This document shows positions 61,541-64,000 of a stretch of 64,000 nucleotides of DNA, in pieces; within the stretch, counting starts at the first letter, position 1, and each line of letters starts with the position of its first letter. Under the pieces are notes generated by a model. That model saw only the letters and a program-made list of their open reading frames with translations, had not been told where the DNA came from and made no database searches. The position numbers and the translations under genes were made by a program. The DNA comes from an uncultured candidate division Zixibacteria bacterium (GTDB taxonomy: Bacteria > Zixibacteria > MSB-5A5 > UBA10806). Location of the stretch: assembly GCA_963801605.1 (NCBI GenBank), contig CAWDFP010000007.1, positions 1-64,000 of the forward strand, read 5' to 3'.

Positions 61541-61577
61541 TGTGTCGGGTCTTTGGCCCCGGCGGTGACCCGACACA
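61541..61577. repeat. REP-like palindrome
   Basis: TGTGTCGGGTC-N15-GACCCGACACA (11-bp stem); shares GTCGGGT with the elements at 13611 and 24289. Confidence 0.5.
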
Positions 61578-61652
61578 TCGAAAGAAGGTGGATAAAAGAC
61601 AGAAGCTGCTTGTGGGAAAAATTTTGAGGAATACTCTTCCTATATTGAGCAT

Positions 61653-61681
61653 TTGACATTCACTCATTCTTAAAGTATATT
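61653..61681 (+). promoter_or_regulatory. Sigma70 promoter of lemA
   Basis: TTGACA-N17-TATATT. Confidence 0.7.
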
Positions 61682-61753
61682 TCGCGACTAACGGGTTTTA
61701 TATCCGTCGATGAGGGGTTTGGGCGTCAATAAGACAAATTTGAGGAGTAGCCA

Positions 61754-62336
61754 ATGGCTTTATCAAAAGGCGCGATAATCGGAATCGGGATTGTGGCTGT
61801 CCTGCTCGTTCTTATCTTTATGGCCGCTATTTCTATTATAGTACCCTACAATAAGTTAACTAAATTAGAAGTCGAGACTCAAAGAACCTGGGCCGAGGTT
61901 GATAATAATCTTCAACGCCGAAGCGACTTGATTCCTAATTTGGTCGAAACTGTCAAGGGTTATGCTACCCATGAAAAAGAGCTGTTTGAGCATATCGCTG
62001 ATGCTCGCGCCAGGTTGGGCGGAGCCACCAATATCAATGATAAGATGAACGCTTCTAATGAATTGAGCGGATTGCTTTCGCGTCTTATTGGTGGTAGTTG
62101 AAAATTATCCTCAACTCAAAGCCAATGAAAACTTCCTGCAGCTTCAGAATCAACTTGAGGGCACCGAAAACAGATTGGCGGTTGCCCGTAATAGATATAA
62201 TCAGGCAGTTACGGATTATAATACCAAGATCAGGCAGTTTCCCTCCAATGTAATAGCCGGTCTCTTTGGATTTACTGCCAAGCAATTCTTCGAAGCCCCA
62301 GAATCTGCCAAACAGGTTCCTCAGGTCGCTTTTTAA
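61754..62336 (+). CDS. lemA: LemA family protein; apparent frameshift near 62088
   Basis: QRRSDLIPNLVETVKGYATHE, ENYPQLKANENF, EGTENR, YN. Confidence 0.94.
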
Positions 62337-62391
62337 GGTCTTAGCCGGAATTAGTAAATTGTATCGGCCAGGATCAAATTCTAAAAATATT

Positions 62392-62757
62392 GAGCAGGTC
62401 GGGCGGCCGCTCCCGGAACAAAACGGGGGAGGAAAGTCCGAGCTTTCAAGGGCAGGGATGCCTCGTAACACGAGGGGACCTGTGGAAATCGTAAGATCTA
62501 CATGGGTCACGGATAGCGCCACAGAAAATATACCGCCCGTAAGGGTAAGGGTGAAATGGCGGTGTAAGAGACCACCGGGATCGTCGCAAGACGATTCGCA
62601 CGGCAAGCCCCATCCGAAAGAAAGGCCAAATAAGGGGAGAGAGGTGACCCGCTTCGCTTGATCCCCGGGTAGGCCGCTTGATCCCGATGGTGACATCGGG
62701 ACCAGAGAGATGGTCGCCGACCCTAACGGGGACAGAACTCGGCTTACAGACCTGCTC
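62392..62757 (+). ncRNA. rnpB: RNase P RNA (bacterial)
   Basis: P1 GAGCAGGTC/GACCTGCTC, GAGGAAAGTCCGAGCT, GCCACAGAAA, AGGGTGAAA, GGCAAGCCCC, ACAGAACTCGGCTTA. Confidence 0.97.
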
Positions 62758-62783
62758 AAAATATTAAAAGGGATGTTCTTACG

Positions 62784-64000
62784 TTGAAAGCAATGGAGTT
62801 GAAATGGGTCGTGCAGCCCGAACCCGATTATAATGTCGTGGCGAGGCTGGCACGCGAACTTAATATTCCGGAGATCTCCTGCCGCATTCTGGCATCGCGC
62901 GGCTTGCAGGATCCCGCTATCGCTCAAAAATTCCTTAACTCCGGTCTTTCAGATCTATTCGATCCCTTCATGATGTCCAGTATGGATAAGGCCGTCGATC
63001 GCGTTATCCAGGCTCTCAAAGCCAACGAAAAGATCATGATCTATGGTGATTATGATGTCGATGGAATCACCGGAACCGCTCTGATGTTCCTCGTCCTAAA
63101 TCGTCTTGGCGCCTCTGTTTCTTATTACCTTCCCAATCGCTTAATCGAGGGTTATGGCATTTCCGAGGATGGACTCCAGGAAGCTGAAAAGCGTCAGATC
63201 AATCTGCTTATTTCTGTTGATTGCGGTATCACCGCCGTCGAGGAAGTCATTGCGGCCCGGAAGATGGGGATCGATTGCATTATTACCGATCACCATGAGC
63301 CGGGCGGTAAAATCCCCGAGGCGGTTGCCATGGTCAACGCCAAGCTCGATGGTCCTAACAGTCCCGGGTTTTGAGCTTTCGGCAGTTGGCGTTGCCTATA
63401 AGTTTGCCCAGGCGTTATACCGCAAATTGGGCCAGGATGAAGTTGAGCTTGAACAGCATCTTGATTTAGTTGCGCTTGGCACTGCCGCCGATATCGTCCC
63501 CATGATCGGCGAAAACCGTATTCTTACCAGATTTGGACTTCAGCAAATTGCGCGTACTACCAAGCCCGGCCTCAAAGCCTTGATCTTTATCGCCGGCCTG
63601 ATGGGCCAGAAGATCGGCACCGGCCAGGTGGTATTTATTTTGGCGCCGCGAATCAACGCTATCGGCCGTCTGGGCGATGCTCAACAGGCAATCAAGCTTC
63701 TTTCCACCAAAGACGAAAACATGGCCCATGCCATTGCGCGGATATTGAACGCCGAAAATAAAAGGCGCAAAGATATCGATGAACAAACGCTTCTCGAGGC
63801 TCTGGAGCAGATCGATCAAAGCGTCGATATCGACCGCGACCGCGCGATAGTGTTAGCCTCCAAGGGCTGGCATCAGGGCGTGATCGGTATCGTCGCCTCG
63901 CGCCTTGTGGAACGTTTCCACCGTCCGACCGTGATGATTGCCATTGATGGTCTCGAAGGGAAAGGCTCGGCCCGCTCCATTCCGGGTTTTCACCTCTATG
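62784..64000 (+). CDS. recJ: ssDNA exonuclease RecJ, truncated by the window edge; apparent frameshift in the T-run at 63369-63372
   Basis: YGDYDVDG, PNR..EGYG, VDCG, TDHH, then ALGTAADIVP, ENR, PRINA.GR, GWHQGVIGIVASR, GSARS. Confidence 0.95.

Noticed and set aside
62085..62927. 280-aa minus-strand ORF and 131-aa plus-strand ORF (62266-62661)
   Set aside because: Both overlap the RNase P RNA and lemA; they are shadow ORFs.

Overview
Chromosomal core-type bacterial region with no phage, IS, integrase or CRISPR signal. The C-terminal dockerin-like motif and the gene repertoire suggest candidate phylum Zixibacteria or a relative (inference only). The first ~9.7 kb is a divergently arranged respiratory locus. 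Leftward: a putative outer-membrane beta-barrel, a 14-heme cytochrome c and ccmABCDEF with a CxxxY-type CcmE (System I*). Rightward: a Tat-exported 4Fe-4S protein (HybA/HmcB-like), an NrfD-family membrane protein and a 13-heme cytochrome c. Together these look like a self-contained quinone-to-cell-surface electron conduit. The remainder holds gdhA, several peptidases (signal-peptide PepF, HtrA, M50, dockerin-tagged M14), an rpsU-yqeY-cvpA-mutS2-dnaG-rpoD operon with an atypical sigma70, a four-repeat secreted protein, corA, glnS, c-di-GMP/two-component modules, yitJ, lepB, smpB, amidase-murI-rdgB, two tRNAs, a His-less kinase next to an output-less PAS/GAF sensor, rpe-PASTA-rsmB-radical SAM, lemA, RNase P RNA and recJ. 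A ~50-56 nt structured repeat (constant flanks, sequence-variable 3-nt-loop hairpin) occurs as inverted pairs in two convergent intergenic regions. About 12 single-base frameshifts, several in essential genes, are best explained as long-read indel errors. All calls come from motif reading by eye; no database searches were run.
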